A DNA stretch of 64,000 bases from Callorhinchus milii (Eukaryota), in the NCBI RefSeq assembly GCF_018977255.1, contig NW_024704743.1, forward strand, positions 7,256,001 to 7,320,000, read 5' to 3'. Shown one piece after another: positions 10,729-23,724 of this stretch. The notes below the pieces were generated by a model. That model was not told where the DNA came from. It saw only the letters and a program-made list of their open reading frames with translations, and ran no database searches. Every line of letters begins with the position of its first letter. Within the stretch, counting starts at the first letter, position 1. Both the position numbers and the translations under genes were made by a program.

Positions 10729-13678
10729 TAATGGACAAGACGGAAGCCATACTTACCCCAAGGACTCCAGCGCTTACCCCAAGGTGCCACATGAACTCCA
10801 GACAATGAGTGTTGTCAGGCAATGGGCCAGTGATAGAAGTTCCTGCTGGACCTGATCTTGTCCTTAGAGAGTCAGAGGGACCCCAGGATAGAGTTCTAAA
10901 GAATGAGGGAAGAATGGATGAAAGCAAGAATGAGCTCTGGGACTAAATCCCACAGTGAGTCAGTGACTCATCCAGTTTACCCTCTGGTCCGAAGGTGGTG
11001 TTTAAACCAATCAGTTTGTGCCTAAATGCACTGGACATCCTTACTGGTGTCCAGTGAATTTGCTCTTTCCAGCATGGATCACAGTGGATACCATTGATCA
11101 TTCCCCTCTCCCCAGCTCAGGAACACAGAAGCCAATTGTGGTGCTTTACTGTAGCCTCGGCTGAGACTGGTTAACTCAGCACAGGCCCAGCATCAAACTT
11201 GGCATCTCCCAGTTTGTTTGGCACAGAAACATGCCCCACTGTGTGTTTGTTCATGGAGTCAATGGGAAAGAAGCAATATTTTCCAACACCAAGTACAGTA
11301 ATTACAAAGTGCACATTTCATGCAAACTAAGTTCTCAAACAATAATATGGTTTACCTGGGAGCGGGGAGGGGGAGAGAAAGAGAAAAAATCAGGCATTTC
11401 TCTCTCCGAACAGACACATTTAAATGAAGTTGCATGTGAGGCACTTTGAGACCTTTTGATATGATAAGATCCCATAAGAATGCAAGTTCTGTGCACTGAT
11501 CCTCAGACTTGGGAATCAGAAATTAATGACTGCACGTGCACAAGTATGTTCGCAAATGGGCAGTTGTTTGAATGTAATCACAGTGCTTTGGAATCTGCCT
11601 CATGTGCGGAGCAGAATCTAGCCAATGTTTACAATGGCAAGCTGGATGGTTTTAGTCAATTTAAATTTAGCAGTACCACATTGGGGGCCCCAAAACCTTG
11701 GCTCTTGCCAACCTGCGCCTAATACTTTCTAGGAATAGGTGAGCAGGGTGCACCTCTCTGGAGAGGGAGTGCACATTCCAGTCCAAACAAGGGAAAATGG
11801 CCATGCATATGTGGAAGTTTCAGTAGTTTGTTTGGATAATCTTAAGCAAGGTGATAATTTTCTCTATGTATCAGGCACCAGGATGACCCCCAAAAAGTTG
11901 TATAAGGAATTCTGAAGACAATTACCGTATTATGAATGTTACCATCAGCTAAGATCAGCTAATTCAGCACAGAGCTGCATCAAACCAGAGGACTTTCTGA
12001 TCTGTACAGATCAATAACACACTATAAATGATGCATTCACACAATGAACCAAGCGGAAGCTCTCAGCCAACCTCAGCATAACAATGAATGGTAACACGAG
12101 CGACCATAACCGAAAGTCACTGAAGAAATATAGCCTTATTTCACAAGATAGGTTCGGAGGAACAACAACAACAAGATTACATTTGTATAGCGCCTTTCAC
12201 GTCGGGAGGACGTCCCAAGGCGCTGGACAGAGTACAGCATTTCAGACCCGAGCTGGGGTTGGGGTGGGGGGAAGGGAGGGGAGGGGAAGGGGGGTGGCTG
12301 ATGGCATGGTCGAAGAGGAGGAAGCAGATCTTTCATCCCATTTGATCTCATCCTTTCAGAATATCCATCGCACAGAACATCCATTAAACCATAAGTTGTT
12401 TCTTAAATGAGACCAGCGACCGAGCCTTAACCATCTTTCCTGGGAGCCTATTCTTGACATTAATTATCATCTGTGTAAAGAAACACTTCCTCATTCCCGT
12501 CCTAAAATTGCCCTTTACAACCTTGAACCAGTTGGCATATCTGAATATAGCTGCCTCACCCTGTTTGTCTAAATGTATTCCCTGCATTACACTTTGGATT
12601 GAGGGGTTAATTCGCGGTATTTATAAACAAGTAGCTTTTCTAATTGTTCTTTGGAACCCCACTTTCAGTAAAAAGATACAATAGGCAAATTGTATTTTAA
12701 TTAGTTGTGGTGTAACCTTGCTTTGAACAAGAACAAATCTAAACTTGCGCTAACATGTTTACATTTAATATTCGTTTTGCCAGTGGGAAAAGACTTGTAA
12801 CCTTTGTATCTAAAATAATATCCCAAAGCACTACAGATTTTAGAGCCCAGCAGCTCCTCCATTAAGTTAGTCACAGGGAGCAATGGGCTCAGAAATGTCC
12901 CTCTGTTCTTTTAATGCTTTGGTTTAAAAGCTTTTTAATCTGTTACAGTTGCACGTGCTGTCTTTGAATATAAAATCCTTTTCTTTTTGGCTTTCGTTTA
13001 CCTCAATTTTTCTGCTCTTCTACCAAAGTCTTTGCTTCAAATTACCAACATCAAAAGAGAATAGGACTTGCAGTAGAATGCTTTTCTAGTAAGAGGGTGA
13101 TAGGCATGTGAAACCAACTAGAGTAGAATGCTGTTATGAGGCAACGTTATAATGCTGTTATAACGTGGGTCTGCTTATAAAGCGGATACCTTGTTGACTT
13201 GAGCATGTGGACCAACTGGCTTCCCGAACTATAAAATAGTCAACTTCTGAGTCATCGGATCACTGTCGAGATCACTTCCTGTGCACTGCGTGTGTGCATT
13301 GCGTGCAAGAATTGACGTCGGCAGTGACCTGATGAGCCAGACATCTGCCATTTTTTAACAAGTGATATCACCGGTCATAAGACCAGTGACGTCCTGAAGT
13401 GGAAGTGTTGACCAGTAATCACACTTGGTTATATGCCGTTTGGGGATTTTATTGATCCTCAACTACTGTCTGGTAACAGGACTGAACTGCACAGAGCAAT
13501 CCCGTTATAACCCAGTTGTCTGGGTCCAATATTTTAGCAGCTGTATCTGACTGAAGCATAAAAATGTGTTCAACATCCCGGTCATCAGGTTTCTGTGAAT
13601 ACCACGGTACACAAGAAGTAACACTGGCTATTTTCTAGCATAGGATGATGGCTAGTCAATATCGGAAACTTGGTACAC

Positions 13679-13745
13679 CACGCTTCTGGTTGTCCCAGGT
13701 CTTCAAGATACCAACACTTGAAGATCTGGGACAACCAGAAGCGTG
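13679..13745. repeat. near-perfect 29-bp inverted repeat with a 9-nt loop
   Basis: CACGCTTCTGGTTGTCCCAGGTCTTCAAG-ATACCAACA-CTTGAAGATCTGGGACAACCAGAAGCGTG; one G:T pair. Confidence 0.95.
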
Positions 13746-14579
13746 AAGCAGAACTATACTGGGGACCTTATAATCTATTTCCCTGTGCCAGAAAAAGTTG
13801 GTGAAACAAAGAGCAGAACTGGTTTTAAAGAGGAACTAGACAAGTTCCTGGTGGGGTTATTAGATGATGAGATAGATGTACTGAAGGAAGCTTTTGGGAA
13901 GTTGGATAAATGGGACAGATAACCAGTCCATTGGTGTATTCTTGTGTGAAAATTTTACCATGTTAATTTGTTCCAGTGTCTTGGGACGTCCTCCTGATGT
14001 GAAGGGCGCTATACAAATGTAATTTGTTGTTGTTTTTGTTCACACACTGGTGCAGTTGGTAGCATTCTTGCCTCAGGATAGAAAAGATGTGGGTTTAATA
14101 GGAGCTGAAACCGACATTCCAGCACTTTGCTTGGAGAATGCTACATTATCAGAGGTGCTGTTTTGCTACTGGAACTCTGGAAGTCCATCCCATGGTCCCT
14201 ATGCATCACTTCCTCCCTCCCCTCCTTGAAGGCCGGTCTCAAGACCCTTCTCTTCAACTATGCCTTTGGTCTCCCTCCCACCTCTCTGCCTTCCCTCACC
14301 CCTACACCACCCTTCCCTCATGTTCGGGCCCCAAACACCTGACTCTTGAGTGCTTTGGGACGTCCTCCCGACGTGAAGGGCGCTCTATAAATGTAATTTT
14401 GTTGTTGTTGTACTGAGATATATAACTGATCTGTTTTGCCTGTTCAGGTGAATGTTAAAGATCCCATGAAGTAAAAGTTAGAGAGACAATATTTTGCTAG
14501 TGGTGCAAAATCTGGTTGTACATTGGCATTTAGTCTATCAAATAGATTTAATATGCATCAATAAAACACAAATTTACAT

Positions 14580-15320
14580 TTACAAGGCAAATCGTGTCTG
14601 ACAAACTTAATTTGAGTTCTTTGATGATATAACGGAGAGGATTGATGAAGGTAATGCAGTTGACATAGTGTATATCATCTTTCAGAAGGCATTTGCTAAG
14701 GTGCGCATAATAGACTAGTTAGCAAAATTGAACAACAGCAAAATTACATTTGTAAAGCGCCTTTCACATCGGGAGGACATCCCAAGGCACTGAACAATCG
14801 AGGATCAGGACCTGAGCGTGGGGGGGCAAGGTTAGGATGAGGGATGTCAGAGAAGTAGGAGGTTAGCTGAAGCCCATGGGATAAAAGGGACAGTGGCAGC
14901 ATGGATACAAAATTGGTTGCGAGACAGAAAGCAGTGGTGAATGGTTGCTTTTCAGACTGGAGGGAAGTATACAATGGGTTCCCCTATGGGTCTGTAGTAG
15001 GTTCACTGCTCTTTTTGATATATTTGAATGACTTGGACTGGGTAAGGAGAGCAAATTTTTTAAAGTTTGCAGATGACACAAAACTTGGAAATGTGGTAAA
15101 CAGTGAGGAGGATGGGAGCAGACTATAGGAGGACATAGACTAGTAATGGACAAAATGGGCAGCCACAGCCTGCAGGACAGGTTGATAGAGCAGTTAAAAA
15201 AGCAAATGGGATCCTGGCTTTACAAATAGAGGCACAGAGTACAAAAGCAATGAAGTTCTGCTTAACCTTTATAAATCACTGGTTAGACCTCCACTGGAGT
15301 ATTGTGTCCAAACATACTGT
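14580..15320 (+). mobile_element. CR1 LINE RT fragment interrupted by an L2 tail (about 14731-14862)
   Basis: GKSCLTNL, FQKAF.KV.H and GSVVGSLLFLIYLNDLD...KFADDTKLG motifs. Confidence 0.85.
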
Positions 15321-15954
15321 GAAAGCTGGACCACAGATAGTGGAGTGGGTTGGGCAGGGACATGAAGCAGGCTGTTGCCCGCTGAGCAAAATGTTACATT
15401 GTAATCACAACAGAGTAGTGTCAGGTTGGCTCATGTGGTAGCTCTCCCACTCTCAGAAGAAAATGGGTTTGATCCAGGAAACTCAAGGATGTGACTTCAG
15501 GATTTGAGCTCATTATCTACAATACTAGATGTAGACTACTGTCTACAATACTGTGGTGCAGTGATGGCCAACCCATGGCCCAAGGAACAGAAATGGGTTC
15601 TGTCACAAAGAGTGGCCCATGATTTATGGCATAAATCAAGAAATATTCAATCAAGAACATTTATTGTGTTACATAATTGTTGGAATTGTTGTTACACTGT
15701 TCAATTGCTGAAACATTAATTTATGGTCCCATCTGCCTATCCACGTTTATGATAAAGATCCTATCAAATCTGCTGAATCAGAACCCAGAGTTTTCCTGGT
15801 TTATTGATCAATATTCCAGATTACCCCCACCCCAATTCTTTATTCATCATCTTGTTTTTACCTATATCACAATCACTACTTAAAATTAACTATTAAGATG
15901 CTACATGGAACAGATATTAACCGCAAATCATTATTGAGCACAAACACAAAACTG

Positions 15955-16390
15955 GCTCCCCCCAAATCTTAGTTGGTAAAGACACTGCCTGCGGTGAAAC
16001 AATAATAAACTGAGTCATGCAAATCTGAAAAGTCCCGGGTTTCCGTATGAGTCAGACACCTGGCTGACCAAAAAANTCAGCAGCATTCACTGAGCTAGAG
16101 AGAGGAACATCTAGCATGGCTCCTGCAACTGCTGATTATCCAGTACACCTCCTGGAAAGTGGGTTTGTTTAATCATCGGCTGATGACACGGTTGGGCTGG
16201 AGCTATGATTATCCCCATCCCTGCTGCCTGTGGGCTCATACACTATAAATGCCTACTTGGGTAAGGTCTCTGACTGTGCGTGGCACCCTTGGAACTGCAC
16301 CCAGCACTATTCAGTACCTTTTGGAGTAAAAGGGACAGATGCGGGTTTGGATGCTAAGGGGCATTGTGTAAATGCAAGTTGTTGCTGTTA
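15955..16390 (+). mobile_element. very old SINE (LF-SINE-like), degraded
   Basis: tRNA-like start, CTCCTGGAAAGTG...GGTTGGGCTGGAGCTATGAT core and AAATGCAAGTTGTTG end. Related fragments at about 1-228, 8620-8830 and 21830-22080. The family name is tentative. Confidence 0.5.
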
Positions 16391-18651
16391 TGCCACTGAG
16401 GATCCGAGCTAGTGTTGCAGAACGGCTTCCTAAAGCAGTTCTGTGTTATAACCGTGCCATTTAAGACATCATTATCTCAGGAACGCAGTTTCTAAAGCCA
16501 TTTAAGCAGCCAGGTCTGTCAGATACGTTATCACATTTTTAGGCTCCTAATTGCTATATGACATGTAAGGTTGCTTGTTCTGTAAGTTCTTTATGGCGTT
16601 GTCCAGAGATCATTAATGAGGCGCTGTGCAGTCTTAAGACTATCGCACTCCAGCAGCAACTGCCATCAAACAATGCTGGTCAATAGTTAATAAAATGCAC
16701 AAGCCCATACCCAATTACTGCTAACGGGCATGGAGAATTTACTTCATGACAAGTTAGTGCTGATGAAAGGGGCGTATTTCACAGCCAACGCTATACAATT
16801 TGAACAAATCCAAGCAGTCTTGTAAAGACAAGGGTCAATTTGCATATAAATAGCAAACAGTTCCACCACCCATTGTTCAACAAGATGCTAGATGTGGTTA
16901 AACACCATTCTCTATTCAGCACAGAATTGAATGGAGAATTGAATCATCTGTCTTCCCTGTTGATCAATCCTGTGGCAAAAGACTTGTTGCTAGCACAGTT
17001 TGCCAAGTGGTAGGGAGGAGCAAACGAAGATCTGTGAACGTTTTAAGCAGTTGTTGCTGGGTAAAGCCCTATTTATACTCAATTTCCATTAGCAGCTGAT
17101 TTCCAGTGAATTACTTCACCATAAAGTTTTCATTTGGAGTAATGGAACATACATGTCAGTGATCTGTTGGTCACTTTTGTCTGGTGAGAGCAATGAGTAT
17201 GAGCAAAACAACAGCACTTTTAAATCTTAAGGGTGGGAGGGAATAAATACTGATGTCAGCATGTGTTTTTAGATTTTTTNCTGTTATTATTTATATTTAT
17301 AATTCAAACCTGGTGAGCTAAAGCCTTAACAGGTAAGAGCACTACTGTCTGCACTAGCAATAATATCATAATAATAATTTTTACATTTGATATGGCACGT
17401 TTCATGTCAGGAGGAGGTCTCAAAGCACTTCACAGAAAATACTCTGTTGCGTGTTGGGACCTAAGATATTAAACTAAGGTCCCGTCTGCCTGGTCAGATG
17501 GATGTTAAACCACTATTCGAAAAGAGAAGGGAGTTTTTCCTGGTGTTCTGACTAGGAATCACCTGGATAAAATTAGTCATTCACTTCATGGCTGTATTTG
17601 GGATATTGCTGTCTGCAAATTAGCTGCCAGGTTCACATACAAAACACACAGTCACTACACTTTTTTAATAAATCCGGTGTTGCACTTCTGAGATGTTTCA
17701 TCGGTATGGTAGCTATATCAAATGAAGTATATTACTATAGTAGCAAACTGGTCATTACCATTACTGTGCCTCCAAAACAACAGCCATTATACTGGACAAT
17801 AATTATTGTGAAGCGCATTGGGATGTTTTGACATCATAGACGTTATGAAAAAAATGCAAGTTCTTTATTCATATCACTTTTTCATGTGTCGGTCAACCCT
17901 CCTGCACCACCATCGGTGGCTGTGCCTTTCATTCTGGAGCTTCCCGCTTCCATCCCTCCGCCTTGCGGCCTCTTTATTCATCTTTCAATTCCTACCTTAA
18001 GATGCTCCTGTTTGACCATGCCTATGGTCACTTCCCCCTCCCTCTTCTCCCTTGCTCGGAATCCAACCCCACCAATGTGCAGAGTTCCGAGACGCTATCC
18101 AACATGAAGTACGCAAAATAATGTAAGTTGTTGTTTTTCCCAATACTTGGTATAGCTTCAGGTACATATAGACCGGCAAATTAAGTCAGGTCCCACAGTG
18201 CTACCTGCTTCCATAAAACTCCATGCAGGGAGACAGTGACTGTAGAAATAAAGGCTTATTTCTATGCAAACCTATATCACAAAGTATTTTTCCTGATTAC
18301 TGAAGGGACTGATTTGTGCTGGGTACTGTTGCTAGATTCTCGCCAGTACATTATTCAACTAGCCATGCTACACACAGGTAGGTGACCCTAGGTATCAAGT
18401 GTCAGCAGGCTATTCTGCTATGGTGGGGGGAGGGGGTGTAGTTAAGCCTGATCCTGTTTTCACCTGATCCCTGGACTCACATACTTTATCATGTCCTCAA
18501 CTCATGTATGCATTTGCCTGCAAATTCAGTCACTTTACTACGTTTCACAGCAAAATTCTGCAAAAGTTTCAGACATTTTGAAGATGTGCTAAGGTGCTGT
18601 ATCAAATGCAAGGATTATTATTATTACTTTTCAGCAGGGTTACTGCACAAG

Positions 18652-18972
18652 TGTAGTCCTGTAGCTCAGCTCAGTGGTTAGAACACTCGCCTCACAAGTG
18701 GGTTCAATTCCCGGCAGAATGAAACTTTGGGCGTTTCCTTACTCCACACACCTCTGTTTATCTTGCAGTAAGTTGGAACCCATTTGTCAGTCGATTGGCG
18801 TATCGCTTTGCCTGGGGTAACAATTTCTTCAAAAAAAAATTCACCCACAAATGTAATATTTTGCCCAAATATACGGTCAATTCACTTTACAATATATTCT
18901 GTGAAGCACTTTGAGACGCCTAAAAAACACGAAAAGCGCTACATCAAATGCAAGTATTATTATTATTTATTA
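18652..18972 (+). mobile_element. older long form of the tRNA-SINE
   Basis: GTCCTGTAGCTCAG head, central segment and tail; followed by a second SINE 3' half at about 18977-19150. Confidence 0.8.
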
Positions 18973-21900
18973 TAAATTGGGTCACTCAATCCATGACTGT
19001 TTGTGGGACATTGTTGTGTGCAATTGGCTGTCACTTTTCACCCACAAAATATACAGTCAATTCACTTTACAGTATATTCTGTGAAGCGCTTTGAGATGTC
19101 TCGAAGACATGATAAGGCACAATGTCAAATGCAAGGAGTATCATCATCAAGTGTGAGAACCTTGGCTGATTTGTCTCTTCACTCGCTCCAGTGTATTGGA
19201 AGATTATTCTAGTGTACCAGTAACTAACCCAGAAGAGACCAAGGATACAAGATTGGGACATTCCAGGTCTAACAGGGAGTTTTATCTCACAACTCACATG
19301 TCTGATTCACCTCTGTGAGCCTATCACCCCATCCTCTACTGGCTCCCCATCCCCCAGCAGATCAAATTCAAGATCCTTGTTCTCATGTTCAAATCAGTTG
19401 CACCTCACCGTACCTCTGCAACCTCCTTCAACCACACTGTGCCAGCCACTCCTTTCGCTCAGTGAACACAGCCGAGCTCCATTTCTTCTGCTCTCTTGGC
19501 AGTCAGGCCCCCACTCTCTGCAACTCCATCCCCAAAGTCCCCCTGACTCCCTCTGCTCTTTCAAGTCATATATCAAACCACCTTAAAACATCTTACCAAT
19601 GTGAAAGGTGTAATATAAATGTAAATTATATTGTGTTGTAAATGCAGCTGACAAAATAAACAGCGGGGGCTGGGAGGTGCATGGGAGTATGTCTACTTTT
19701 CTCCCAGCTTGTCCCTGCTCCTGCCATTTATTTTGGTAGCAGTGATCAGAAAAGTAAACTATGGCCTTGTATATGCACAATTTTGTCAAGGGATTTTTGC
19801 ATGGTTATTAAATAATTTTCAATCATGTCATTGAATGTCATCCTCACTGTGAAGGCCCCTGGAAATCCAAATTCAAGGAGTTCTGAGACGTTTTCATGAT
19901 GAGCATGTATGTCTCTGTGGTCAGTCGCGCAATCTAACTCAGCACAGACCAGGTTATAGAATCATACAGAATCTTACAGCTCAGGAGGCCATTCAGCCCT
20001 TCGTGCCTGTGCCAGCTGTTTTGAAAAAGCTATCTAACTAATCCCACTCCCCTGCTCTTACCCTTAGCCCTGCAAATGTTTCCTTTTCAAGTACATATCA
20101 AATTCCCTTCTGAAAGCTACTATCGAATCTATAGAGGTATTGAACCTAAGAGCTTCCTGACCTACACGACTCAGTGGCTGGACCAAACTAACTGTTGGGG
20201 AAGCTTATGTGCAACGTAACCCTTTCATGAGCAATCATTTGTGCTCCCAAAGGTGCTGTGGATTCTGCTGCAGCTCAAAAGGAGGAGTGAGTGAATTCCC
20301 AGTAATAGCAGAGTCTGAAAAGTACAGAACCGCTTATACAGAAGCAGCTCTGTACTATTCTGTAATGTAAACCCAGAATAAAATCACCGAGGTATGTGCA
20401 CAATGATAAAGTGTTGATCTTACTTCCAAATATGCAAGTCAATCAATTATATCCGTCCAAACCCAACTCCACCCCCCTGCAAAAAAAAAAGGCTTGCCTG
20501 GTCTTTAAACATCTTGCAAAGGGGAGTCAAACATACATCTGGCTAAAACAAGGTGGAGATCAATGAGAAGTTACACATGAGCAGATGAGTGTTTACTTTA
20601 GAAACACCAAATGGTTAAAATTTGCCTTTTGTGTACTTAGTAAATGTCAAATAGCTAAATTTAGCTCAACGCCTATTGGAGATATAGAAGTGATTTACAT
20701 TGACAGTGGAACTAATTTGCTTACAAAGTTAATATTTATTCTGGACAGCTTCATTTCTGTATTAGGTTATAACCTTCCTCCAACATCTATCATCTTAAAC
20801 GTTTCCAAAGATGTTTTATTGAATGCATTATACCAACTGAACTGAATTCATAAGATTGCTATGATTAATAAGATGGAATATTAATTTCTGGGCTATCAAT
20901 TTCATAAAAAACTCAATTGTTGTCCATCACGGGGATTGATACCTTATTTTTTCAAGCTGCCATTCCTAATGAGCATGTATTAAATAAAATATTAAAATTT
21001 AACTGAAAAATTTATTTGCATCTGCCTACAGGATGTAGAACAAAAATACCTGTACCTCTCAATGGTTTTACTTGGTTTCTGTTAACAAGTCATTAACAAG
21101 CCAATGGCACCGGGTATTAAGAACTGCAAAGGACAGAGCGAAATGCCATGGGGCGTAATAAAATCTCCCAAGTGATGGCATGGGACGGAAAAGAAAACAA
21201 TGGAGAGGCCACAGTCAGTCTGTGTGTATTAGGAATTACAATTGTATGGGGACACCCATATAATGTGCCGGTGTAAGCTCCTTAAAAAGATCATTGAGCT
21301 GTAGCAAGTCACTTGGGAGGGGAAAAAAGGCTCCTTCCTGTACTGAACATCCAGCCATTCATTAATGAGCACATTGCAACATTATAATCAAGGTAAGAGA
21401 TATAAAATAGCATGAAAGGTAAATTCATAATTCACCAAAGCAAGCAGTAGAAGGGGCATATTCATTCAAGAATATTTGAGTAAAGAGCTTCACTATCTTC
21501 TGCAACAAGTATACAGTATTAAGAAAAATAATTCTTAATTCTATAGCCAGTTTTGCAGAAAATTAGCCTCAAAATTAAGAATAAAACTCAAAGACAGTCC
21601 AAAATGTAAATCCTCTAAAATGCTAACAGAAAAGTCAAATCCAGACTCAGGCGGAATTTCTCCCCCTCTAAAGCCAACCCCCCCACTCCCTCCCAGACTA
21701 AAAAAATACACTCAGGAACACATGCTATCCCAAAAACTTGAAACCCCTAAGTACCATCGTTTTGGCGGGTAGAGTTCTACCGGTAGCAACCCTTTGGTAC
21801 CTCACAAGGTGCTGTTCCTCAAGAGTGAGTTAAGCCATGCAAATGTCTACTACCATATAATCATGAAGAACACGTCAGCTAAATCAGATCCTGTTCTACC

Positions 21901-23305
21901 CAAACTTCCACGCAAGCGCTTTCCAGTAGACTCCGCCAGATAATGATCAGGATTTTCTTCCCTTGCCAAAAGGCACAGAAGGACATTGCAGCGCCACTAT
22001 TCTTCCCCTGGCAGACAGCAACGAACCCAGCAAACTGGGATGGGACCAAGTGACCGTCTGCTGTGTGTGGCTTAATTCTACACCAGACAAAATAATACTC
22101 TCAAAATGATTATTTGCACGTTCAAAAAATGAACTTTTACATCTGTTGGGACGACACTCTGTGTTAGCTTAGATTAATCGAAAGCCAGGAAGGAATCAGT
22201 ATCCTGAGTTACATAGCAATTTCAGTCAGCAACCTGGCACTCAGTTCATCTGACTCCATGCAAGATTTCTTCACTGAATCTCTAAATCCAATAGCCTGAA
22301 ATCGATGCCTAAGCAGTTCTGAAATGTATGCACATGCACGCGGAGAGGAAGGGAAGTTTTGTATTGGTTCAAATCTGGAATAAATACAGGGCAACCCTTA
22401 CTGAAAAATTCTTGTGTAATTGCAGAGAACAGGAATCAACTTCTTTCATGTGAAACATTCTGCAACTAACAATAACAACACAACAAAATTACATTTGTAC
22501 AGCGCCTTTCACGTCAGGAGGACGTCCCATGACGCTGCAGGATAAAAATAATGATCTGTGCATTTGACATAGCACATAAGCACGAGCTCACAACATCTCA
22601 AAATGCTTTACAAAATCCACCTTAGACTATTTGTAAGCAAATGCGGCAGCCCATTCATGCACATCAGTGTCTGACATGAATGCCCAATTTTCTTGTTGGG
22701 AGTACAGTTCTAGGAGCAGAGGTCCTTTGATACCTTACAAGATGCCTCTTTCCATACATGAGCCAAAATGCTTTTGAAGGAGATATCATCAGTGTGTGTA
22801 TATAAAAAAACAAGAGTACACAAATGAACTCCTTCCTCTTAAGAGTTTAGCAGATGGCGCAATGATCTGCTCAACACACAACAAAACCAGATTCAAGTAT
22901 TAGAATTAGAGAAAATATATATTTCATATCTTTACAACAAATTGGAAGAGGAAACATAAAGAGCGGGAGTGCACACAATATACATCAGGGTTTTTTTTTC
23001 TCAGCTGCTAGTTCAAGAGTTCAGTCCTTTTGCTTCCTACCCTAGGAGCTACACAAATGGTTTCTAAAAAGAAATTGTGTAGAAACCATTTTATACAAAG
23101 TGTGCAAACGAGACAAATTTTGGAAACCTTCATAGAGGCAGTCCAGGACTCTATGTGTAAAATATATTAAATCAGAGGTCCCTTTTTTTCTCAACGACGA
23201 GTCTTTTTTCAAAATTATACAGTTTCTCAAATGTCCGCGATTGTCTCTCACATAAAGTGCAATTGTCCAGCAGAACAGAGCCAACGATGGCTCAGTTACA
23301 GCTCG

Positions 23306-23724
23306 TCATACAAACTCCAGTTTTCCATGCCCACTGTACATCCCCCAATGAACCAGAGAGAAACATTTGTCATTGCTGAGGTCCGAGTGCCGGATTTTAT
23401 CGCACGTCATGCAGCAGTTTTCGTGGCCGGTCACAGGTACCATGCACTCCAAGTCCAGCTTAGCCACTTGTCCCTTTTTGGAGTGGTGGCCATGAAAGCT
23501 GTAGTGAAGACGCGAGAGCATCTGCCGCCGCTGGTCCTGAAGCCGCTTGTTTTCGCTGCGGAGCATTCGCAGGGCCAGCATTATCAGCAGCACCAAAATG
23601 AGCCCCCCAGCAATGGGCACTGCAATGACTGCAGCTCGAAACCACAGTTCTTTGGAGGAGGTGAGTTCTTGAACCCTGGTGATCAGGCTCCCGTGGGGGT
23701 CGTGATGGTATCGATTTCCCTGAT
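23306..23724 (-). CDS. BAMBI: BAMBI coding exon 3 (transmembrane helix and kinase-less cytoplasmic tail)
   Basis: Polypyrimidine tract, then a CAGTAG acceptor. Translates (D)QGNRYHHD...KELWFRAAVIAVPIAGGLILVLLIMLALRMLRSENKRL...HWGMYSGHGKLEFV*, TGA at 23308-23306. Spliced CDS 76+285+419=780 nt is in frame. The exon start could alternatively be 23727. Confidence 0.97.
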
